Source of the DNA: Candidatus Hermodarchaeota archaeon
GTDB lineage: Archaea; Asgardarchaeota; Lokiarchaeia; Sigyniarchaeales; SOKP01
Reading direction: 5' to 3'
Assembly: GCA_048885535.1 (NCBI GenBank)
Contig: JBHLLO010000026.1
Span: 1 to 40,949 of the forward strand
Length of the DNA stretch: 40,949 bases
Shown here: positions 10,039 to 18,722 of the stretch, one piece after another
Layout: every line of letters begins with the position of its first letter
Numbering within the stretch: the first letter of the stretch is position 1
Notes under the pieces: generated by a model
The model's input: the letters and a program-made list of their open reading frames with translations, nothing else
Database searches by the model: none
Told to the model about the DNA's origin: nothing
Program-made: the position numbers and the translations under genes

Positions 10039-10742
10039 GTTTTTACCACACTCTTCTCTTTTTTGATGATTTTATTATTTTTAGTTGAAATTTTATTTTG
10101 ACCGAGTTCAAGTTCCTCTTCTTGAATAAACTTGTCTAAATCGATAGGCTCTTGAAGTTTTTGTATATATTTATCCAATAATCCTTCAGGAGAATGAGAT
10201 TCTTGCTCTAAATAAAGCACCATTCTATAGTAATAGATTGTATATGGGAATACCAAAATAAAGCTAATCCCTTCCATAATGTATCCAATTTGCATAGTAT
10301 ATTGAAAAGTGACCTCTAATGAGGTATCATAAAAAGAGATCCACGGAAAATAATATTGATATGGGATGAGATAGATGACAGGAAAAACAAAAATAAAAAA
10401 TCCAATTAAGAGGACTGAGAAAATATTAATATATCCTGGAATTTTGCGTGGTGTTCGATACATTATACCGATTAGAGCGAACCCTAACGAAACAAGGAAA
10501 CAAACAATTAGCATAAACGGAAGCGGCTCTGCGTTGGGTGTATAGAGTTCATTGAATACCGATCCTTCCTCAAAAATGGTATACCAACTAAATATAGGAT
10601 TATAGCTCCAATATACTATAATCATACCGTTCTGGTCAACTGCTTGGAACACATACCAATCAAAAAATGTGAAAACTGCTGCGATAATGATTCCTACTAT
10701 AAACATTAATCGTAGAGAATTAGAAACTTTGATTATCAACAC
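10035..10742 (-). CDS. Polytopic (about 4 TM) membrane protein
   Basis: Four hydrophobic segments; coupled to both neighbours. Confidence 0.8.
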   Translation of the reverse strand: MLIIKVSNSLRLMFIVGIIIAAVFTFFDWYVFQAVDQNGMIIVYWSYNPIFSWYTIFEEGSVFNELYTPNAEPLPFMLIVCFLVSLGFALIGIMYRTPRKIPGYINIFSVLLIGFFIFVFPVIYLIPYQYYFPWISFYDTSLEVTFQYTMQIGYIMEGISFILVFPYTIYYYRMVLYLEQESHSPEGLLDKYIQKLQEPIDLDKFIQEEELELGQNKISTKNNKIIKKEKSVVKT

Positions 10743-10745
10743 CTA

Positions 10746-12698
10746 TTATTCTGCTAAATATTCATCTATTTTTGAATGATATGTATCTTCTTCTTGCTCA
10801 AATAAGTCCTCCAAATTTTTCTCTTGCGTATTCCAAATTGGAGTTGTAATGACTCGCTCAGACTTTTGTTGTTCAAGTTTATTTAATAACTTATATTCAG
10901 AGTTTTTACCAAAACATTCATAACCAAACTGTAGCATAAGATCATCTGTAAAATCTTGATAAATAATCTCTAAACTTGCTTCGTCTAAAAGTACCGATTT
11001 TTGATACGTTGGAACTATGTACTGACTTATTAAGTTCTTTTTTTTAATTTTGAAATTATAAAATAGATATCCTATTATTACGCCATAGACAATTAATACC
11101 ATATAGCTTAACCCAATGAACGGAAGGAGCAAGGAAGGTATTTGAGCTAATGCCATAATTATGGCAATTCCCCCAAAAGCACATAGTATAAGAGAAAATT
11201 GTAAAACTTGCTTTTGGAACTTCTTAGTTACTTTATCTAGGTTATCTTCAACTCTCTGTGTCTTGTTATATTCCTGAATAAATTTATGTTTCTTTTCTAA
11301 AAACATCAAAAATGTCTCTAATTGATTTTCTTGGATATAATGAATATTTGAACTCTTTTGATAAGCAAAAGGGATAGATTTTTCTAAGAATTTGACTTCC
11401 TCTGGTGACAGTAAAATTGGATCAACATGTACTATATAATTATTATTGACATCCATGCTGACCATTAAGAAATTTTGGATATATTCCAATAAAGTTCCGT
11501 GTGTGGCAATATCTTGTATGATAAGTTGCTGGACATCGTCTAAATTTGATGTATAGGCGTTAATCATTAGATTATGCTCTATTTGTTTCTGATATTGAAC
11601 AGAATCTTCAGAAACTACAAGAGTACCATAATTAGGAACGAATTTAATTGGAGAAATAAGTAGCATCGGTTGGTCCTGGTTTGAAGACCCCAATTTAAAG
11701 CATACTATATCTATTTCTTGAAACAGATCCTTAATTCTACCTAATGGTATCGAGAAATACCCTTGAAGATCTAATTTTTTTATGATTTTAGCATGATGAT
11801 TATTAGCAGATATATTAACCGATTCTTTATGAACAGAAATATTAGAATTAAAAATTTCAGGCTTACGCAATATCTGCTTAGCAATTTCTTTAAATTGTTT
11901 TTTTTTAGGAATTTTAAAATCTACTTCGTTTTCATCATCTGATTCTACGTCTTCCTCAACAATAGAGGATTCTAGATTCTCCTCATCAAATTTCTCACTC
12001 TTAATTTCACCATTATCTAAAGACTCCTTTTCCTCCAAAAAAACTTGGTAAGAAAATTTACTTTTTTCTTCAACTCCTGATTTATCTTCATTCAGTTCAG
12101 ATTTAGATTTTCTAGAAATAGAATGAGTAAGTCTATTTGGTTTAAATTTATCTTCAAACCAGGGGGACGATTTTTGTTCAGATTCCTCTTTATTGGGAAC
12201 TTTACTTCTTGTTTGTAGACTAAGAAAGGTTTGTTTTGTCTTAAAATCCTCATCTAAATCAGAAATCACATTTGAAATTCCCAAATGTTCTCGTGCTGAA
12301 TTGACGAATTCTTTTGCTGTTTCCATCCCAATTCCCTTAATACGAGCTAATGTATTTGGATTAGCTTTAGCAATTGATTCAATTCTATTATATCCTGCGT
12401 TCCATAATTTACGCTCATGTGATGGACCTACTCCTTTTATTTTAGTCAAATCCTCACAAAAGTTCTCTCCTTTCCTTTGTTCTTTCTCAATTGGCGTAGT
12501 TGAAGATTGCAATTTTATAAGTATTTGAGATAGTTCTTCAAATTTAGATATCCATTCAACATCATTATTTGATACTGACTCCTTTATACCTTTCTTGGAC
12601 AGCTTTATGGCTTGATCTATATCTCCAGCTTCTAATGCTTGCTGAGTCAGGTCATATATATAACTCAAGTCACACTTCTTTTCCATTGTGTTTTGCAT
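10746..12698 (-). CDS. Membrane protein with tandem HhH DNA-binding domain, acidic linker and C-terminal TM hairpin
   Basis: DLTKIKGVG...LARIKGIG HhH2; E/D-rich linker; two TM helices near the C-terminus. Confidence 0.8.
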   Translation of the reverse strand: MQNTMEKKCDLSYIYDLTQQALEAGDIDQAIKLSKKGIKESVSNNDVEWISKFEELSQILIKLQSSTTPIEKEQRKGENFCEDLTKIKGVGPSHERKLWNAGYNRIESIAKANPNTLARIKGIGMETAKEFVNSAREHLGISNVISDLDEDFKTKQTFLSLQTRSKVPNKEESEQKSSPWFEDKFKPNRLTHSISRKSKSELNEDKSGVEEKSKFSYQVFLEEKESLDNGEIKSEKFDEENLESSIVEEDVESDDENEVDFKIPKKKQFKEIAKQILRKPEIFNSNISVHKESVNISANNHHAKIIKKLDLQGYFSIPLGRIKDLFQEIDIVCFKLGSSNQDQPMLLISPIKFVPNYGTLVVSEDSVQYQKQIEHNLMINAYTSNLDDVQQLIIQDIATHGTLLEYIQNFLMVSMDVNNNYIVHVDPILLSPEEVKFLEKSIPFAYQKSSNIHYIQENQLETFLMFLEKKHKFIQEYNKTQRVEDNLDKVTKKFQKQVLQFSLILCAFGGIAIIMALAQIPSLLLPFIGLSYMVLIVYGVIIGYLFYNFKIKKKNLISQYIVPTYQKSVLLDEASLEIIYQDFTDDLMLQFGYECFGKNSEYKLLNKLEQQKSERVITTPIWNTQEKNLEDLFEQEEDTYHSKIDEYLAE

Positions 12699-12722
12699 AC
12701 GTTAAGATAAATAATATCCCTA

Positions 12723-12737
12723 TATATAAAGGAAAAA
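12723..12737 (-). promoter_or_regulatory. T-rich-BRE promoter TTTTTCC-TTTATATA for the membrane operon
   Basis: Strict motif; TATA ends 24 nt before ATG 12698. Confidence 0.7.
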
Positions 12738-12748
12738 TTTTGCGTATA

Positions 12749-12763
12749 TTTTTTCTTTAAATA
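12749..12763 (+). promoter_or_regulatory. T-rich-BRE promoter TTTTTTC-TTTAAATA for the Hel308 operon
   Basis: Strict motif, back-to-back with the copy at 12723. Confidence 0.7.
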
Positions 12764-12793
12764 AGTAAGAAAATTAGAATTAGATCGAGGTAA

Positions 12794-13102
12794 ATGATCA
12801 TGGGTGTTGATGTTAGAAGCGAAAAGAATATGAAGCTTATAACTAGAAAATTTTTCAAATGTAAACATTGTAGTTTGTTAATCGAAATTGAACTAGATAG
12901 TAAGGTTTTAAAACAATTTGAAAAAAAAGATCAGTTTATTATTCCCCATCTTCATATTCATGGGAGCCCCTTACATGGAGTTCTCTGTCATTTTGACTTA
13001 AATGGAGATATACGAAATATAGAAGTGATAAAAAGCATTTCAATTTCAAGAGAATCAAATACGCTTCAGCAAATATTGGATAAATGGTCAAATTATTTTT
13101 AA
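12794..13102 (+). CDS. Small putative Zn-binding protein
   Basis: CKHC plus HLHIHGSPLH; GAGGT SD. Confidence 0.7.
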   Translation: MIMGVDVRSEKNMKLITRKFFKCKHCSLLIEIELDSKVLKQFEKKDQFIIPHLHIHGSPLHGVLCHFDLNGDIRNIEVIKSISISRESNTLQQILDKWSNYF

Positions 13103-15639
13103 AAGGAATACAGATGACTCTTAATAACTTTATTAAAGAAAAATTGAAAGGGTCTAGCCAACAGGACGAAGAGATCTTCAACTATATTTCCGATGAGCGA
13201 ATTCTTAGAGTATTATTTGAACAGAAAATTTTTCGTTTACGAGAAATTCAAAAAAAAGCCATCGAAAAAGGTTTATTTTTTCGAAAATCTTTCTTAATTT
13301 GTTCTCCCTCTGGAAGCGGAAAGACTCTAATAGGAGAAATATGCGCATTTCAAAACATATTTAACAACTACGGAAAGACAATCTACCTAGTTCCTTTTAA
13401 AGCCTTGGCTACCGAAAAATATTATTACTTCAAAAAGTATTATGACCGATTTAAAATTAAAATAGAACTATCTATCGGAGATTATGATGTGGATGATTCT
13501 GATTTGGAAAAAGCAGATTTGATTATCACTACTTATGAAAAGTGTGATTCTATTCTAAGAAATTTTTACGATAAAGAGTGGATTCATGGTATTTCTACAA
13601 TTATAATCGATGAAATACATATTATTGGAGAGCCTGATCGTGGTCCACGTTTGGAATCCCTAGTAGTACGGTTAAATGAATTCCTTCACCACCCCCAGAT
13701 AATTGGATTATCCGCTACAATTGCTAATCCTCAATTTTTTAATGAATGGTTAATTTCGTTAGGAAATGATACAATTTTAATAGAATCTGAGGATCGTCCC
13801 GTCCCTCTCCATTATCAAATTACTACGACTCAAAACAAAGATTCTACTATCAAAAAAATTGTGAAACAAACATTAGACCAAAAAGGGCAAGTATTAATAT
13901 TCTTGAACAAACGAAAATCCACGCAACAAACATCTTTTTCACTAAAAAATGTGGTTAAAAATCATATCGATGAAAGTGACCTGAATAAATGTAAAAAAAT
14001 CGAAAAAAAATTAGGAGAGATTAGAGGGGGACATAAGGATTTAAAGAAGATTGTGAAATACGGTCTTGCGTTCCATCATGCGGGATTATTACCAAAAGAG
14101 CGAAAGTTAATTGAAGATGGATTTCGAAAAAAAATGCTAAAAGTCATATGTGCAACAACCACACTTAGTGCTGGAATTAATACACCTTCACGAGTGGTTA
14201 TCCTTCGAGACTTTAAGAAATACATAACCTCTGGAAATAATATCAGAAATTTTTCTGGATATTATGAAAATGGTGATGGATTTTCTTATTTTAAACCTTT
14301 CTCTCCTAATCAAGTATTCCAAATGCTCGGTCGAGCAGGAAGACCAGGACTTGATTCAGTAGGTTATGGAATAATACTAGTAAATAATGTAGAAGAACGA
14401 AATTGGGTTGAAGACAACTATTTTCAAAATATACTAGTACAAAAAAAATTAATCCCGAAATACAATAATCTGCTTTCAGGTTTAAATAAAATACATACTC
14501 TTAAAGAACAGGTATTACTGAGAATCTATGAAGAGGGAAATATTACCCTTGAACAACTCAAGACCTATTTTGAACGAACATATTTTTGGTTTTTTATTAA
14601 ACATAAAATGAAAGAGCAAAAAATACCTATTGAGCAAATATTAATGATTCAAGAAATTAGTCCAGCAAATATTCTAAAACTTCATACTGATCCAATTAGA
14701 ATCCAACAATTAATAACAAAAAAATATCAAGTAAAAATCACCGAAATAAAGAATAATAGTATTGGAGGGCTTTTAAAGACTGAATTCGGAGTATTTACTT
14801 GCCGATTTGGTATTGATCGCGGAATTGAATGTACATGTGGTTTTAAAAATGGAATTTCAGATAATTTTACAAATGATGAATTTGCTTTTGAATTCTGTAA
14901 CCATATTACATATTTCTTGAAGTATTTAATTAATATTCCTTCACCGAATTTTCAAAAATATGTTTCAGATATCATACCAAAGTCAATAAAAAATCAGTAT
15001 ATTCTTAATTATTTATTTGAGAAAGGATTAATCGAGCGAAATAATGATAATACAGTAAAATGTAGCCAATTTGGAAAATTAATTATACGTTTGTATCTTT
15101 ATCCTATGTCTGGGGTGTTAATTCGATATAAGCTAGAAAACTGTCAACTACTAACCTCTCAAGATATTATTAAAGAAGCCTATGACGTTCTTAGAGCAGA
15201 ATATAAAGTAAGAAACTATAAAATGCTCCCCCCAATCTTGGAATGGACAGATGAAGTACCTATCGAAGAAATCTTAGAGCGCTATAATATTATGGCCGGT
15301 GATTTAAACTCAGTACGAGATAGTTTAGAACGCATAATAATTTTCATAGGAATTATTGCTATTCATTTAGGTGAGAATGAACTTAGAATTCAAGATAAAA
15401 TGGTCCAAGTAGCAGAGATGGCTGAAACACTTAAGATTCGAATACATTATGGAATAAAAGAAGAATTATTTGATCTGGTTTTACGTCTAAATAATGTAGC
15501 AAGAGTGAGAGCCCGAATTATCTATGATGCGGGATATCATACCGCTACCCAAGTACGGAAAGAAAGTCATTATATCTTACACCGCAAAACTGGATTAGGA
15601 GTAAATTTATGTAAAAAGATCATTGGAGATAAAAAATAA
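13084..15639 (+). CDS. Hel308/Ski2-like SF2 DNA helicase paralogue with inserted SWIM Zn finger (start may be ATG 13114)
   Basis: SPSGSGKT, DEIH, LSAT, FHHAGL, TLSAGINTP, QMLGRAGRP; C-terminal YGIKEEL...RVRAR HhH typical of Hel308; CTC-x18-CNH insertion. Confidence 0.9.
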   Translation: MVKLFLKGIQMTLNNFIKEKLKGSSQQDEEIFNYISDERILRVLFEQKIFRLREIQKKAIEKGLFFRKSFLICSPSGSGKTLIGEICAFQNIFNNYGKTIYLVPFKALATEKYYYFKKYYDRFKIKIELSIGDYDVDDSDLEKADLIITTYEKCDSILRNFYDKEWIHGISTIIIDEIHIIGEPDRGPRLESLVVRLNEFLHHPQIIGLSATIANPQFFNEWLISLGNDTILIESEDRPVPLHYQITTTQNKDSTIKKIVKQTLDQKGQVLIFLNKRKSTQQTSFSLKNVVKNHIDESDLNKCKKIEKKLGEIRGGHKDLKKIVKYGLAFHHAGLLPKERKLIEDGFRKKMLKVICATTTLSAGINTPSRVVILRDFKKYITSGNNIRNFSGYYENGDGFSYFKPFSPNQVFQMLGRAGRPGLDSVGYGIILVNNVEERNWVEDNYFQNILVQKKLIPKYNNLLSGLNKIHTLKEQVLLRIYEEGNITLEQLKTYFERTYFWFFIKHKMKEQKIPIEQILMIQEISPANILKLHTDPIRIQQLITKKYQVKITEIKNNSIGGLLKTEFGVFTCRFGIDRGIECTCGFKNGISDNFTNDEFAFEFCNHITYFLKYLINIPSPNFQKYVSDIIPKSIKNQYILNYLFEKGLIERNNDNTVKCSQFGKLIIRLYLYPMSGVLIRYKLENCQLLTSQDIIKEAYDVLRAEYKVRNYKMLPPILEWTDEVPIEEILERYNIMAGDLNSVRDSLERIIIFIGIIAIHLGENELRIQDKMVQVAEMAETLKIRIHYGIKEELFDLVLRLNNVARVRARIIYDAGYHTATQVRKESHYILHRKTGLGVNLCKKIIGDKK

Positions 15640-15957
15640 ATGAATAAAACAGAAAAACCTGAAGAAATTGAAGATTTTCCCTGGGAAAAATTTATTACAA
15701 GGAGAAGGGAAGAACCTGAAAAAGCTAAAATTCAAGAATTCATTGTATATCAAAAGCCAGGTCAAGAACCAAACGAATATGTCATTAAAAAATTTGATAA
15801 ATCAAAAGAACAGAATCTGGAAATATTAAATCTAATTAAAGAAATTCTTAATAATACAGCTAAACTTACACCAAGACAAATAATTGATTATTGTAATAGT
15901 CAAAGATATTTTATAAAACTCTATTTTAAACAATTGCAAGAAAAAAATAACTTATAA
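15640..15957 (+). CDS. Hypothetical protein
   Basis: ATG directly follows the helicase stop codon. Confidence 0.7.
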   Translation: MNKTEKPEEIEDFPWEKFITRRREEPEKAKIQEFIVYQKPGQEPNEYVIKKFDKSKEQNLEILNLIKEILNNTAKLTPRQIIDYCNSQRYFIKLYFKQLQEKNNL

Positions 15958-16071
15958 ATTAGTAAATTTTCAGTCTAATATCATTTTTCTATTAAATCCT
16001 TGATTACAAGACTAATTTTTTTTTTAAATTATACAAAAAACATGATTATTTAAAACAGTAGGGGATAGAGT

Positions 16072-16302
16072 ATGAGTTTAGAAATTATAGAAAATGAAGA
16101 GTATAATGAAAATAAAAAAGAAATTACTGATTTAGAATTAGAATACATATTAGCTAATGCATTTATTCCTTTTTCTATGTTCTTAGACAAAACAAGAGAA
16201 CCAGATATATATAATGGGAAAGAAAATATCCCTTTTGAAAAAAGACATCCTATATTTAGAGCTTTAATGCGAATCGAGTTTGAAAGTAGAAAAGAAGGCT
16301 AA
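16072..16302 (+). CDS. Small acidic hypothetical protein
   Basis: GGGGA SD; T-tract + TTTAAAT about 45 nt upstream. Confidence 0.6.
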   Translation: MSLEIIENEEYNENKKEITDLELEYILANAFIPFSMFLDKTREPDIYNGKENIPFEKRHPIFRALMRIEFESRKEG

Positions 16303-16367
16303 CTGAAATCAAGAATCGCTTTAAATTTTGTTTTTAAACAAAATTAAAAAATAAAAAAATTTTGAAT

Positions 16368-16529
16368 TTATTTTTTCCGAAAAATTTTTACAATCTGATC
16401 CCACAATGAAGGATTGGAAAATCTATCTTCTCTAATTTCTTGTAGTAATAATTCTATCTTATTTCGTATTGGAAAGAGATGAGTAATGAATTCTATTGTT
16501 TGCGTCATTTTTAGCTTCTCTTTTATCAT
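16368..16529 (-). CDS. Unannotated 53-aa protein MIKEKLKMTQTIEFITHLFPIRNKIELLLQEIREDRFSNPSLWDQIVKIFRKK
   Basis: Manual translation; GAGGT SD; variant promoter TTTTTTA-TTTATATA at 16583-16597. Confidence 0.55.
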   Translation of the reverse strand: MIKEKLKMTQTIEFITHLFPIRNKIELLLQEIREDRFSNPSLWDQIVKIFRKK

Positions 16530-16629
16530 AGGCAACCTCAATCAATAAATTTAATTATCTTGAAGATCATCTAATACAGGAATATATAAATAAAAAATTT
16601 CAGATATCAAGATTTATTTTAACATAAAA

Positions 16630-16806
16630 TTATTTCTCTTCAAGGCGATCTAATTGAATAAAAGCGGTGTATCTTTGCGACATTCCACCATCATTCGACA
16701 CAGCCACTAATTCTGGATTTCTTTCCTGATAATTAAATACTATCTTATTAATTTCTTCAGTTAGACGATCAACATTCTTATCTTCAATATATACAACTTC
16801 TTTAAT
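16630..16806 (-). CDS. Unannotated 58-aa protein with probable ATT start, (M)KEVVYIEDKNVDRLTEEINKIVFNY...RYTAFIQLDRLEEK
   Basis: GAGGTGA SD 6 nt before ATT; in-frame TGA just upstream excludes a longer ORF; protein-like composition. Confidence 0.5.
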   Translation of the reverse strand: MKEVVYIEDKNVDRLTEEINKIVFNYQERNPELVAVSNDGGMSQRYTAFIQLDRLEEK

Positions 16807-16901
16807 TTTATTTCACCTCTTTTTGTCTATTTTTTATTTTTGGAAAGGGTCGTATAAGAAGTTAATTATGGAAAAAATCGTATTTTTTCATTCGCTTTGA
16901 A

Positions 16902-16915
16902 TTTTTCTTTATAAA
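16902..16915 (+). promoter_or_regulatory. T-rich-BRE promoter TTTTTC-TTTATAAA
   Basis: Strict motif upstream of ORF 16964. Confidence 0.6.
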
Positions 16916-16963
16916 GAATTGTTATTTTTAAAATGTACTAAAATTATATGATTTAAAAATAAC

Positions 16964-18190
16964 ATGATTACCCAGAAAGTATTACCCTTTTATATCTTGC
17001 AGGATGAGGAACTGTTTCCTAATAACATTGATGAGTATTTAAATAAATTATTCCCTTTGGCAGATGTTAATATCGCTAATCGAGTATGTTATCCATTTGA
17101 GTTAGAAACCAGATTAGGAAATACAAAAATCAATCCCTATCTGCGAATAGCTAAACCAGATGATGCCCCTATTATTGCAAATATTTGTAAAGAAGTCTAT
17201 GATTACTCATACCCATATAAGGAAATGGAAGATGCTAATAACATACTTGAAATGATTAATTCTCCTGAACACTACTTTATTATTTTTGAAACTGAAACTG
17301 GAGAAAATGCGGGATGTTTTCGTTGCGCTTTAGATTTTGAACATAAAAAAGGGTATATGGGGGGATTTATGGTTCGCAAAAAGTTTCAGGGAAAGCTGGA
17401 CGTAGTAAGGGCAATTATGGGATCCTACATTTGGATGTGGAATAGTTTTAAGGATGAAATTTTAGTATGGTATTGTGAGAACCGGACTGCTCTTAGCTCA
17501 TCTCAATATATAACTGCCATTTGTGGGATAAATACTATTGCTATATTCCCAAATAAAGATATATTTTTTGAGGAAGTTGAATCTGATGTAATGGGAATAA
17601 TATATGTGGAAAAAGTATTGCGAAAAATGCGGAATCCTCAAATTCCTCACTTTATCGAAGCTGTAGAGAAACCATATCTTTATTCTAATAATTTGTATAA
17701 TCTTGGTGACTATCAAATTATTAAACCAAACCTAAAATTAAATAAACAGAAAATTAAAGAACTTCAGAAACGTTTTAGATGTCAAGTGTCCAAGGATCGC
17801 TATGGATATGAATATTATCATTTTAATATCGAGCAAAATCAGTCGTATTTTAAAATTTTGCATAATACTCATATCCAAAATCTTGAAAAGGCAAAGTTTC
17901 ATGTTAAATCTTTAGAGGAATTATATGTTTACATTCAAGAACTTAAGAAATGTATGTCTAAAATGAATATAAGGTATTGTGAGATTTTTGTTTCTGCTTA
18001 TGAACCAGAACAGCAAGAATTATTTTACAATGCCGGATTTAGGCCAAGGGGCTTTGTCCCTTGTTGGAATTATGACATTAAAAAAAAATATTTCGATGAC
18101 TATATAGTCTTTAACTATTTTGAAGGTCAAATCAGAAATATTGATCTATTACCTCAAGGCTATACACTACTAAGCTGTGTTGAACTTTAA
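16964..18190 (+). CDS. GNAT-family acetyltransferase-like protein (two GNAT-like halves)
   Basis: LRIAKPDDA...YPYKE, VRKKFQGK motif A, C-terminal FYNAGFRPRGFVP. Confidence 0.75.
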   Translation: MITQKVLPFYILQDEELFPNNIDEYLNKLFPLADVNIANRVCYPFELETRLGNTKINPYLRIAKPDDAPIIANICKEVYDYSYPYKEMEDANNILEMINSPEHYFIIFETETGENAGCFRCALDFEHKKGYMGGFMVRKKFQGKLDVVRAIMGSYIWMWNSFKDEILVWYCENRTALSSSQYITAICGINTIAIFPNKDIFFEEVESDVMGIIYVEKVLRKMRNPQIPHFIEAVEKPYLYSNNLYNLGDYQIIKPNLKLNKQKIKELQKRFRCQVSKDRYGYEYYHFNIEQNQSYFKILHNTHIQNLEKAKFHVKSLEELYVYIQELKKCMSKMNIRYCEIFVSAYEPEQQELFYNAGFRPRGFVPCWNYDIKKKYFDDYIVFNYFEGQIRNIDLLPQGYTLLSCVEL

Positions 18191-18221
18191 TTGCATTCTT
18201 ATAAAAATAGGAAACCTCTCA

Positions 18222-18722
18222 TTAAATTTTGAATATATATTGAAAGTTCCTATTTTTAAGGGAGATAAGTATCCTCTCTTTGATGAATCTTTTAATTAAT
18301 AAATCTATTTCTGAGCAAGGAATCTGATAATCCTCCGCCATAATTTTAATCAAATAAAGAGGAAATTCATTATATTTTGCAGAAAGATTCTTCAACAACG
18401 CATGAAAAGTATTATCTAAACTCTCATTAGAACTTATCTCTTGTATTTTTTTCCTCGAAATTATTGCAAATTCTTTTTCAGCAGACAATTTTACTTGACC
18501 TAAATTATTTTGCAATTCCTTAACCCTATCAACCGCTTTTGAGATTCCATATACAACTTCACCTCTTTCTTGAATCAATTTAACTTGATGTGATCTCCCA
18601 CAACGTAGACACTTCTTGCTTTTCTGGGTTGTTTTCATATAAATATATTGTTGACATTTCATACAAGCAAAAATTAAGTAAGGAGTGGTATCTTTTTTCC
18701 ATCTCATATGTTCCATAATCAT
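18222..18722 (-). CDS. Zn-ribbon (DUF1922-like) + winged-helix protein
   Basis: YLIFACMKC...KKCLRCG; helical C-domain; overlaps the Hef stop. Confidence 0.7.
   Translation of the reverse strand: MIMEHMRWKKDTTPYLIFACMKCQQYIYMKTTQKSKKCLRCGRSHQVKLIQERGEVVYGISKAVDRVKELQNNLGQVKLSAEKEFAIISRKKIQEISSNESLDNTFHALLKNLSAKYNEFPLYLIKIMAEDYQIPCSEIDLLIKRFIKERILISLKNRNFQYIFKI

Noticed and set aside
10746-12698. Calling the HhH membrane protein ComEA
   Set aside because: There is no signal peptide and the TM hairpin is C-terminal, so the HhH is probably cytoplasmic, unlike ComEA.
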